A stretch of 29,087 nt of DNA from a virus (Duplodnaviria > Caudoviricetes): positions 1 through 29,087 of the IMG/VR virus record IMGVR_UViG_3300025103_000111, one strand, 5' to 3'. Positions within the stretch are counted from its first letter, which is position 1; each line of letters begins with the position of its first letter. The notes under the pieces were generated by a model. That model saw only the letters and a program-made list of their open reading frames with translations, was not told where the DNA came from and did no database searches. The translations under genes and the position numbers were made by a program. Of this stretch, positions 10,924-18,572 are shown one piece after another.

Positions 10924-12009
10924 ATGAGTGGATCAATTGAAACAAATTCTGGACGAAAGTCTGGAACAATAGGCGCAAAGGTAGCTGGCCCAACTATCTC
11001 TGCAAGTGACCCAACCATCTCAACGAATGCAACGCTAGGAACCCAGTGGGCAAATTCAACAAGTGGAGAGTTCTATATTTTGACCGATGCCACGGCAGAT
11101 GCGAATGTTTGGAAAAATGTCGGTAGTGGTTCGGGCAATATTAAAGGATTTCAAGGTACTGTTAGTGGTTATACTTCTGCTGGTAATACTGGATCAAATT
11201 CTAATGTAATAGACAAATTCAGTTTTACTTCTGATGCTAATGCGACAGATGTCGGTGACACAGCAAGTGCAATAGACGCATCTGCTGGTCAATCAAGTTC
11301 TATTCATGGGTATGCGTCTGGTGGGACTATAAGTTCTAGTAGTGATATTATCCAGAAGTTTGCTTTTTCAAGTGACGGTAATGCTTCAGATATTAGTGAT
11401 TTATCTGTAGCAAGAATGGGTGCATCAGGTCAAAGTTCTCAAACGTATGGCTATACTTCTGGTGGGTATACATCTTCTAACGTGAACATAATAGATAAGT
11501 TTACTTTTGATTCTGACGCTGATGCAACTGATGTAGGTGATCTTACAGTTGCTCGAAGATATGGTGGAGGTCATTCCTCTGGGACATATGGGTATATGTC
11601 TAATGGAAACGGCCCTACTTCTAACGTCATAGATAAATTTGCTTTTGCATCTGATGGTAATGCAACCGATGTAGGTGACAGTACCGATGGGAGAAATAAT
11701 ACAACGGGTCAATCAAGTTCTGATTATGGTTACACGACTGGTGGTTATGATGGTTCTGCTAACTCTAACATAGTAGATAAGTTTGCTTTTGCAAGTGACG
11801 GGAACGCAAGTGACGTTGGTGATCTGACAGTTGCCCGATATTACCCATGTGGTCAATCATCTACTGCTTTTGGTTATTGCTCTGGTGGGACTACTGGTTC
11901 AGCTAATCAAAATGTTATTGATAAGTGGACTTTTGCTTCTGATGCAAATGCAAGTGACGTTGGTGATCTGACAGTTGCTAGATATAATTCATCAGACCAA
12001 CAAGTTTAA
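10924..12009 (+). CDS. Kelch-like six-repeat beta-propeller protein (paralog 1)
   Basis: Six ~47-aa repeats GYxSGG...NVIDKFxFxSDxNAxDVGDLTVAR after a ~75-aa N-terminal segment. Confidence 0.75.
   Translation: MSGSIETNSGRKSGTIGAKVAGPTISASDPTISTNATLGTQWANSTSGEFYILTDATADANVWKNVGSGSGNIKGFQGTVSGYTSAGNTGSNSNVIDKFSFTSDANATDVGDTASAIDASAGQSSSIHGYASGGTISSSSDIIQKFAFSSDGNASDISDLSVARMGASGQSSQTYGYTSGGYTSSNVNIIDKFTFDSDADATDVGDLTVARRYGGGHSSGTYGYMSNGNGPTSNVIDKFAFASDGNATDVGDSTDGRNNTTGQSSSDYGYTTGGYDGSANSNIVDKFAFASDGNASDVGDLTVARYYPCGQSSTAFGYCSGGTTGSANQNVIDKWTFASDANASDVGDLTVARYNSSDQQV
11806..11978 (+). repeat. 29-bp perfect direct repeat (11806-11834 and 11950-11978)
   Basis: gcaagtgacgttggtgatctgacagttgc occurs twice, 144 bp apart, in blades 5 and 6. 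Confidence 0.9.
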
Positions 12010-12022
12010 AGGAGTTTAAAAA

Positions 12023-13072
12023 ATGAGCGGAATAGTTGCAGACAATGTAGATAGAGCATCAGGTGTAGTAACCGCAGCAGCAGCAGGGCCAACCATTTCT
12101 GCCAGCGACCCAACCATATCAACTAATGCAACCCTAGGAACACAATGGGCGAACAGTACGAGTGGGGAGTTTTATGTGCTGACCGATGCCACCGAAGACG
12201 CTAATATTTGGACTAATGTAGGTGCAGGGACGGACGATATTAAGCCAATTTTTTATCAAGGTTCGGCATTTGGTTATGTAGCAGGTGGTGGTACTGATGT
12301 GATTGACAGGTTTAGTTTAACTTCACAAGCGGATGCTACGGACGTAGGTGATTTAACGGCATCGAGAAGTTCTCCGACTGGTGGAAAATCAACCACGCAT
12401 GGTTTTACTCAAGGTTATGATACTGGTGGAAATGTTATAGAAAAATTTTCATTTGCGTCTAGTGCAGATTCTTCAGATCACGGTGATCTTTCCGTTGGAA
12501 GACACGCTGCCGCAGAGGCATCTATGACAACTCATATTTATTGTGCTGGGGGAGATGGCTCGAGCGACAATGTAATTGACAAGTGTGCAAGTGCATCAAA
12601 CGCTAATTCAACTGATGTGGGCGATTTGACTAATAGTATCTGGTATGTTGGTGGTAATTCATCAGAAACGTATGGGTATGCTGCAGGTGGTTATCCAAGT
12701 AATAATGTTATTCAAAAATGGAGTTTTTCCTCAGATGGGAATGCTACAGATGTAGGCGATCTTGTAACAAGTAGAAGAGATACGCATGGAACCTCATCAG
12801 AAACATATGGATATAATTCTGGTGGTTATCCGGGGGCAAATAATATTGAAAAATTTGCGTTTGCTAGTGATGGAAACGCTACAGATGTTGGTGATATGGT
12901 AGAAGGTAGTGATCTGATGGTCGGTATTTCAGCTACAGATTATGGTTACCTTTGTGGTGGGCGTAGCACCGCAAACCGGATTGAAAGATATAGTCATTCC
13001 TCAGATGGTAATTCAGTGGATTGGGCCGATTTGACAGTGAATAGAAGTTTACCAGCAGGTAGCCAAAGTTAA
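12023..13072 (+). CDS. Kelch-like six-repeat beta-propeller protein (paralog 2)
   Basis: Six related repeats. The N-terminal segment GPTISASDPTISTNATLGTQWANSTSGEFY is identical to paralog 1. AAGGAG RBS. Confidence 0.75.
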   Translation: MSGIVADNVDRASGVVTAAAAGPTISASDPTISTNATLGTQWANSTSGEFYVLTDATEDANIWTNVGAGTDDIKPIFYQGSAFGYVAGGGTDVIDRFSLTSQADATDVGDLTASRSSPTGGKSTTHGFTQGYDTGGNVIEKFSFASSADSSDHGDLSVGRHAAAEASMTTHIYCAGGDGSSDNVIDKCASASNANSTDVGDLTNSIWYVGGNSSETYGYAAGGYPSNNVIQKWSFSSDGNATDVGDLVTSRRDTHGTSSETYGYNSGGYPGANNIEKFAFASDGNATDVGDMVEGSDLMVGISATDYGYLCGGRSTANRIERYSHSSDGNSVDWADLTVNRSLPAGSQS

Positions 13073-13094
13073 AAAGGAATAAAAAAAAGAGTTT

Positions 13095-13886
13095 ATGAGT
13101 AATTTAATTTTAAAAAGTTTAAATGGTATCTCAACTCAAAAGTCTTATGGTGGCAAAACATTTCTTGCCAACCTAGAGAATGCAGAGAAAGCCATAGAGA
13201 AAGTCCAGTATACCGAGCGCATATGGGATAGATCAAGAAGTCAACATATGTTGAAGTTCTTGACTTGTTCTAATGCAGATGGTTGGCTCCGTATGAGACA
13301 AATAAGTGCAGAGATGAACCGTAAGCGAATGGCTATGTCTGAGGCTAAGTTCGGCTATATGAAGAAGCTTGCTGAGATAAAGATTAAACGTGCCGAAATG
13401 CTAAAGGAAGAAGATGAAAATAAGAAATTATTGTTGGAAATTGAAAGTGCAGAACTAGAAAGTCAGGTAAAAGATGGGCTGGTTAAAATGGAAGGTGCTA
13501 TGAAAGAATGTGAGACTCTTGCTCAAATGCACGATCAACTAAAAGAAAAACTGGGTGACATTACAGAAGAAGAATTTGAGAAAGCACAAGTGCAAGCCCA
13601 TATCAAACGTGCGGTCATGCAAGCTATCAGAGATGTTAAAGAGTGCGGAAAGATTAAGGCTGGTAATTCTGAATACTTGGAGCAATCAGGTCTAAGTACA
13701 AGTGCTATATACAGAGAGATACTCGCTTTTATTGAACAAGAAAGCAAAAGTGGAATTGGAGATACTTCTATGCTCCACAGATTTTTAGATGCTATTGCGG
13801 AGAAATACCAAGGAGCAATCAACCAGCAAGCAGAATGGCTAGGCTTTGATGCAAACATGAATATGAATTTTACCTATCAGGACTAA
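13095..13886 (+). CDS. Coiled-coil hypothetical protein
   Basis: 263 aa, E/K/M-rich, with a long predicted helical heptad region. Confidence 0.7.
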   Translation: MSNLILKSLNGISTQKSYGGKTFLANLENAEKAIEKVQYTERIWDRSRSQHMLKFLTCSNADGWLRMRQISAEMNRKRMAMSEAKFGYMKKLAEIKIKRAEMLKEEDENKKLLLEIESAELESQVKDGLVKMEGAMKECETLAQMHDQLKEKLGDITEEEFEKAQVQAHIKRAVMQAIRDVKECGKIKAGNSEYLEQSGLSTSAIYREILAFIEQESKSGIGDTSMLHRFLDAIAEKYQGAINQQAEWLGFDANMNMNFTYQD

Positions 13887-13890
13887 TATT

Positions 13891-14187
13891 ATGCAGATAC
13901 TTGAATACAAACTTCACGCAAGTGCAAAGGGGATGCTTTGCCCTCCTTGGATCAAGGACGGTGGGTATTGGGGCAACCCTGATGATTATACATTGGTGGG
14001 AGTAGCATCAGACCCTAATGAATATTACATTCCAGATACAGTTACAAAATTAACTGTAGCAGAACTCAAAACTAGACAGCTTGCGATCCACGCAAAGTAC
14101 CCTATGCGTGAGCCTGACGCAGATAAAGATCTGACTAATGCCGAAGTGGAAACTGCTGTTGACAATTGGTGGGAAATGGTAAAATGA
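13891..14187 (+). CDS. Hypothetical protein
   Basis: 98 aa with PPWIKDGGYW. AGGA upstream, tightly packed with its neighbours. Confidence 0.7.
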   Translation: MQILEYKLHASAKGMLCPPWIKDGGYWGNPDDYTLVGVASDPNEYYIPDTVTKLTVAELKTRQLAIHAKYPMREPDADKDLTNAEVETAVDNWWEMVK

Positions 14188-14261
14188 GAAATATAGCTAT
14201 TATATTATCACTTTTATTTATGGGATACGGATTTTATTTATGGATAATGGGTGCTCACTAA
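14184..14261 (+). CDS. Putative 25-aa membrane peptide (not in ORF track)
   Basis: MRNIAIILSLLFMGYGFLLWIMGAH; ATGA overlap with the upstream stop. Confidence 0.45.
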   Translation: MRNIAIILSLLFMGYGFYLWIMGAH

Positions 14262-14271
14262 ATGATACTAA

Positions 14272-14409
14272 ATGAAAATAATACTAAACTTTATTGTAAT
14301 TATTTTAATTTCAGGTTTAATAAGTGTCCTAATATATCTTAGTTTAATGGATGGAGAAAGAAAACCTACAACCTACAAAGAGTTTACTTTGGAGCACTTT
14401 TTGAAATAA
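14272..14409 (+). CDS. Putative 45-aa membrane peptide (not in ORF track)
   Basis: MKIILNFIVIILISGLISVLIYLSLMDGERKPTTYKEFTLEHFLK; TAATG overlap with the next gene. Confidence 0.5.
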   Translation: MKIILNFIVIILISGLISVLIYLSLMDGERKPTTYKEFTLEHFLK

Positions 14410-14732
14410 TGGAAAAAATACTAGAGTCAGCATGGGCTTTATTTGTAGCTATAGGTTGGTTCTTTATTAACCGTATTACAGCTAAAGTGGATGCTCTTGA
14501 AAAGGAAAAAGCAGATAACTCAGCTGTAGGTAAACATTCTAATTTGATACATGAAACTGACAGAAGGATAGACGAGTTGCAATATACTACTGTACCTAGA
14601 CAAGAATATAAAACTGATATTGCTGCTCTACATACTAGAGCTAATGAGTTGGAACGATCTAAAGAAGATAAAGTAACAGATGTACGCATTGTTAACAAAG
14701 ATGATCCTAATCCTTCAAAAAAGGGAAAGTAA
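14409..14732 (+). CDS. Membrane-anchored coiled-coil protein (holin/XhlA-like candidate)
   Basis: N-terminal hydrophobic helix followed by a coiled coil and a basic tail. Located between the tail and terminase genes, where T7-like holins sit. Confidence 0.5.
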   Translation: MEKILESAWALFVAIGWFFINRITAKVDALEKEKADNSAVGKHSNLIHETDRRIDELQYTTVPRQEYKTDIAALHTRANELERSKEDKVTDVRIVNKDDPNPSKKGK

Positions 14733-14957
14733 GTGGACAAAATTAATGACATATATCTAGCTATTACAAGTGGTCTACTTGCAGTAGGACTATGGATTTT
14801 CAAAAGGTTATTCAAGTCTATTGACTTAGCTCATGAACGTATAGATAGACTTGAATCTAAAAATGTAGATCGTGCATACTTAGAGTCTCAACTAGTACCC
14901 ATTAGGACAGACTTAAAGATAATTCTTAAACATTTATTGGAAACTAAAAATGACTAG
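14733..14957 (+). CDS. Membrane-anchored coiled-coil protein (holin-like candidate)
   Basis: 74 aa, GTG start, same architecture as the preceding gene. Confidence 0.5.
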   Translation: MDKINDIYLAITSGLLAVGLWIFKRLFKSIDLAHERIDRLESKNVDRAYLESQLVPIRTDLKIILKHLLETKND

Positions 14958-15255
14958 CCGTAAGACTAATAATAAACTGATTAATGATATAATTACTTCT
15001 AAAGATAATTTAAATCGGTTAATGTTAGTAGAATGGTTTGATCCTTATGATAATGCAGAAGAAGCAACTATAACTGACTTAGATATACAAAGGGCTGTCT
15101 ATGAGTCCTGTGGTTTTCTTATGGGTGTATCTAATGATCATCTAGTTATAGGCTATAATAAAGATATGAGTGAGACAGGAAAATACAAGGGGTATGGGTC
15201 TATACCTTTATCTCTAATTATTAATGTGCATATAATGGATAAAAATTGTGACTAA
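14950..15255 (+). CDS. Phage hypothetical protein
   Basis: 101 aa with a VEWFD...ESCGFL...IP pattern that I recall from many small phage proteins. Confidence 0.6.
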   Translation: MTSRKTNNKLINDIITSKDNLNRLMLVEWFDPYDNAEEATITDLDIQRAVYESCGFLMGVSNDHLVIGYNKDMSETGKYKGYGSIPLSLIINVHIMDKNCD

Positions 15256-15256
15256 T

Positions 15257-15346
15257 ATGGACGTACTAAATAGGTTTCCTTGGACTATGGCAGCAATGGT
15301 AATAGTAGGATGGTGTTTAGCATATTATATCTGCACACCTAATTAG
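15257..15346 (+). CDS. Putative 29-aa membrane peptide (not in ORF track)
   Basis: MDVLNRFPWTMAAMVIVGWCLAYYICTPN fills the intergenic gap almost exactly. Confidence 0.4.
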   Translation: MDVLNRFPWTMAAMVIVGWCLAYYICTPN

Positions 15347-15356
15347 GAGTAATACA

Positions 15357-15635
15357 ATGGAAGCGTTTATGAATCAAGGGTGGTTTCAGATAGCAGGAGA
15401 AATAGTATTGATGTTTACAGCTTTAACTGGAGCTATGCCTGACAGGTTTGTTAACAAGATACCTGTCTTAGGTAAACTCTGGCCTATCTTTAACTGGTTA
15501 GCTGGTAACATATTTAATAACGTCAATCATCCTAAAGGGATGGCTGCATTACAAGAAGTAGAAGATGAACTTGACAAAGCAAAAGCTGAAGTTAAAGATC
15601 GTACTGGTTTACCTGACGTTCTTAACGGGGTGTAG
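15357..15635 (+). CDS. Small membrane protein (holin or inner-membrane spanin candidate)
   Basis: 92 aa, AGGAG RBS, hydrophobic N-terminal half and charged C-terminus. Overlaps the lipoprotein gene. Confidence 0.55.
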   Translation: MEAFMNQGWFQIAGEIVLMFTALTGAMPDRFVNKIPVLGKLWPIFNWLAGNIFNNVNHPKGMAALQEVEDELDKAKAEVKDRTGLPDVLNGV

Positions 15636-15855
15636 TGTATTACCAGAAATGATTGCACCTACAGCTAACTTTGGGTTAGGACTATACAATGCTGACTCAT
15701 ACTACTCTAAAGAATGTCTGTGGTATGAGCCAGTAAAGTTTACTCCTGAGACTAAAGAGTGGATATCTAAGAATAGTCCACCTGGTGTAGTAGTAAAAGA
15801 TATAGCTAAAGTAGCTAGAAATAATGATCTCTATAATGAGGTATGTAAAAAATGA
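15565..15855 (+). CDS. Lipoprotein (outer-membrane spanin/Rz1-like candidate)
   Basis: Basic N-region, hydrophobic core and lipobox LTG-C at Cys23, plus two further Cys. Confidence 0.6.
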   Translation: MNLTKQKLKLKIVLVYLTFLTGCSVLPEMIAPTANFGLGLYNADSYYSKECLWYEPVKFTPETKEWISKNSPPGVVVKDIAKVARNNDLYNEVCKK

Positions 15856-16121
15856 GTAACGGAACTGTTAAAGACCTTGGTGATCTACATGGAATTATTG
15901 CTCGTACACTTAAAGACCAACTTCTTAACGGTGTAACTACGGTATCTAAAGATGGAACTATTGAACAAGTATCGGCTCCTGCATCAGTCCTTAATGTGGC
16001 TAGGCAATTCTTACGAGACAATAATATTGAGTGTCTTGGTGCTAATAATGAAGACATAAAAGGACTAGTAGAGGAGTTACCGTTTGATGAAACACCAAGT
16101 AGATCAACTAGAACTAATTAA
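15852..16121 (+). CDS. Terminase small subunit (gp18-like)
   Basis: 89 aa, LHxxxA...L...ASVLNVARQFLRDNNIE, GAGG RBS. Directly upstream of the large terminase. Confidence 0.85.
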   Translation: MSNGTVKDLGDLHGIIARTLKDQLLNGVTTVSKDGTIEQVSAPASVLNVARQFLRDNNIECLGANNEDIKGLVEELPFDETPSRSTRTN

Positions 16122-17742
16122 AAGTGATTTCCGTAATTTTCTTTATATTGCTTGGAAGCACCTTGCTTTACCTCCTCCTACTCCTATACAATATGACATC
16201 GCTGAGTATCTCCAAGGAGGCCCTAAGAGACTTATTATCCAAGCCTTCAGAGGTGTTGGGAAGTCTTGGATTACTTCTGCTTTTGTTGTATGGAAGTTAC
16301 TTGTTGACCCACAATTAAAGTTCTTAGTTATATCTGCATCTAAACAAAGGGCTGATGATTTCTCTACTTTTACTAAACGGATTATCCATGAGATGCCTGT
16401 TCTTCAGCATCTCAGGGCAAGAGAAGAACAAAGAAACTCTAATGTTGCCTTTGATGTAGCTCCCAGTAGAGCAGCTCACGCACCTTCAGTTAAGTCTGTA
16501 GGTATCACTGGACAAATTGTAGGATCACGTGCCCACTTTATCATTGCTGATGACGTTGAAGTATTATCTAATGCTTTAACCCAAGTAATGAGAGATAAGT
16601 TGGGTGAAGTAGTAAAAGAGTTCGATGCTGTGGTAATGCCTAAGGTAGGACGTATTATCTACCTAGGTACACCACAGGTTGAAGAGTCATTATATGCAGG
16701 ATTACAGGATAGAGGCTATGAATGTCGTATATGGCCCGCTAGGATGCCCGACAGTCGCTTAAAAGAGTTCTATGCACACCGACTATCGCCTTTTATAAAG
16801 AAGCTTCAGATCGAAGCTCAGGAGCCTACAGACCCATTAAGGTTTGACAGCCTTGATTTAACTGAGCGAGAAGCATCTTATGGTAAATCAGGGTTTGCAC
16901 TACAGTTTATGTTGGATACTTCTGGTGAAGATGACCAGAGATACCCATTGAAACTTAGAGATTTAATTGTAATACCACTAAGTACAGAACAAGGCCCAGG
17001 AGAAGTCCTCTATGGTAAAGATGAAGTACTAGATTTACCAGCTGTAGGACTCACTGGAGACTATTTTTATAGAGCTATGCACGTCTCACAGGACTATTTT
17101 ACCTATACTGGTGCTGCTATGCACATTGATCCTAGTGGTAGAGGACAGGATGAGACAGGTTATGTAGTTACTAAGATGTTACATGGTAAAATCTTTGTAG
17201 TAGAAGTAGGAGGACTCAAAGGTGGGTATGACAACTTCACTCTTACGAAGCTGGCTAAGATTGCTCAAAAACACAAAGTCAACCTCGTTGAAATTGAGGC
17301 TAACTTTGGGGACGGGATGTATACTGAGATATTTAAACCCGTCCTATTCAAATATCACCGCTGTACTGTCGAAGAGATTAAGCACAGTAAGCAGAAGGAA
17401 GCTAGGATTATAGATGCTTTAGAGCCTGTTATGAACCAACACAGGCTTGTAATTGATAGAAGAGAAGTAGAAAGGGACTATGAAGAGTCCAAAGAGGAGC
17501 CAAGGAGACAATTATTCTACCAAATGACAAGGTTGACGAGAGATAAGGGGTCTCTCCAGTATGATGATAGGCTTGATGTTCTGGCTATGGGTGTTCAGTA
17601 TTGGTGGGAACAGATGGCCCAAGATGAACACGCTGCTTACAAAGAGCGACAACAAGAGGAGTTTATGGATGGTATAATGAACTTTATGAATACTGTAAAT
17701 GAAACTAACGTAGATGAGTCAGTATGGACTCATGCAAGGTAA
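16087..17742 (+). CDS. Terminase large subunit (gp19-like)
   Basis: Walker A QAFRGVGKSW, Walker B IIADDVE, nuclease motifs IDPSGRG and DDRLD. Start is ATG 16087 or TTG 16084, after GAGGAG. Confidence 0.96.
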   Translation: MKHQVDQLELIKSDFRNFLYIAWKHLALPPPTPIQYDIAEYLQGGPKRLIIQAFRGVGKSWITSAFVVWKLLVDPQLKFLVISASKQRADDFSTFTKRIIHEMPVLQHLRAREEQRNSNVAFDVAPSRAAHAPSVKSVGITGQIVGSRAHFIIADDVEVLSNALTQVMRDKLGEVVKEFDAVVMPKVGRIIYLGTPQVEESLYAGLQDRGYECRIWPARMPDSRLKEFYAHRLSPFIKKLQIEAQEPTDPLRFDSLDLTEREASYGKSGFALQFMLDTSGEDDQRYPLKLRDLIVIPLSTEQGPGEVLYGKDEVLDLPAVGLTGDYFYRAMHVSQDYFTYTGAAMHIDPSGRGQDETGYVVTKMLHGKIFVVEVGGLKGGYDNFTLTKLAKIAQKHKVNLVEIEANFGDGMYTEIFKPVLFKYHRCTVEEIKHSKQKEARIIDALEPVMNQHRLVIDRREVERDYEESKEEPRRQLFYQMTRLTRDKGSLQYDDRLDVLAMGVQYWWEQMAQDEHAAYKERQQEEFMDGIMNFMNTVNETNVDESVWTHAR

Positions 17743-17945
17743 TAATGCTTTGGTTATTAATTGTAGTCTACCTAGGGGGTGATCCTATATCTGTTACAAA
17801 CGCTGAGATAGGGCAGACCTTTCACAGTGAGCAGGAGTGTATCCAACGTATGCAAACCATCTTTAAGGAGGCTGAAGAAGAAAATAATCCTGTACCTAAA
17901 AGTATAAATCTAGGATGTGTACCGTTTAAAGGGAAAGGAGTGTAA
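17724..17945 (+). CDS. Small exported/membrane hypothetical protein
   Basis: Hydrophobic N-terminus and FxSxxxC...C. The true start may be 17745. Confidence 0.55.
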   Translation: MDSCKVIMLWLLIVVYLGGDPISVTNAEIGQTFHSEQECIQRMQTIFKEAEEENNPVPKSINLGCVPFKGKGV

Positions 17946-18127
17946 TGAAGCATTACGTTGATTCTTGTACTGCTTGTATTATGAAAGATGCCAAAATGGA
18001 ACTACTAAAACAAGAATTGAATGAATATAGACAAAGCTTAGTTAAACTTAAAGACGAAATAAAAGAGATTACCAATGGAATCAGACCAGCAAAACAAGGA
18101 AGATATCCTCCTTCAGGGTATGATTAG
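17945..18127 (+). CDS. Hypothetical protein (CxxC plus coiled coil)
   Basis: AAGGAG RBS and TAATG coupling. Confidence 0.55.
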   Translation: MKHYVDSCTACIMKDAKMELLKQELNEYRQSLVKLKDEIKEITNGIRPAKQGRYPPSGYD

Positions 18128-18283
18128 TCTACCCGTAAGTAAACCAACTTGGTTAAACCAATGTGGAACTTGGAGCATAGTTTATCCTAATGAATATACA
18201 AGAAAAAAAGAACTATCATGTTCACAAACCGCAGCACAGAGTAAAACGAGTACCTAAAATTATTAAAACAAAGGAGTTAAAGA

Positions 18284-18475
18284 ATGAACGCAAAGAAGTT
18301 ATCAGGAGACGTAGGGAACTCAGGTTTCAATTCGAGCCTTGGGAGACGTAACCCTACACCTAGTCCCAAAGATACTAGGGGTATGACCTTAAAGAACCAA
18401 GGTGTAACTAAATTATCAACTAGATTACCTTATGATTCTGCTAAAGGTGAAATAAGGAACCACAAAGGACTGTAA
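18284..18475 (+). CDS. Basic hypothetical protein
   Basis: 63 aa with a strong AAGGAG RBS. Confidence 0.55.
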   Translation: MNAKKLSGDVGNSGFNSSLGRRNPTPSPKDTRGMTLKNQGVTKLSTRLPYDSAKGEIRNHKGL

Positions 18476-18476
18476 T

Positions 18477-18572
18477 ATGCCTAAACTTAAAGGATACAAG
18501 AATCCTAAGCCTAAACCACAGGTAAGACGTAAGCCTCCCAAGCAGAAACCTGTGAAGCTTAGGACGTATTAG
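18477..18572 (+). CDS. Putative 31-aa Lys/Pro-rich peptide (not in ORF track)
   Basis: MPKLKGYKNPKPKPQVRRKPPKQKPVKLRTY, with AAGGA upstream. Confidence 0.45.
   Translation: MPKLKGYKNPKPKPQVRRKPPKQKPVKLRTY

Noticed and set aside
11150-13060. CRISPR-like array from recurring gatgtaggtga-type motifs
   Set aside because: The repeats are degenerate, in frame and about 140 nt apart, and are explained by protein repeats.
10924-13072. Diversity-generating retroelement (TR/VR pair) in the duplicated genes
   Set aside because: There is no reverse transcriptase in the window, and differences between copies are synonymous changes of all base types rather than adenine-specific.
18075-18257. 60-aa ORF after the terminase
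   Set aside because: It overlaps neighbouring ORFs, competes with an alternative frame (18190-18351) and has a weak RBS, so I cannot decide which is real.
1-18500. T7-style ~23-bp repeated phage promoter consensus in the late region
   Set aside because: I could not find a convincing repeated motif by eye; this needs motif discovery on the whole genome.
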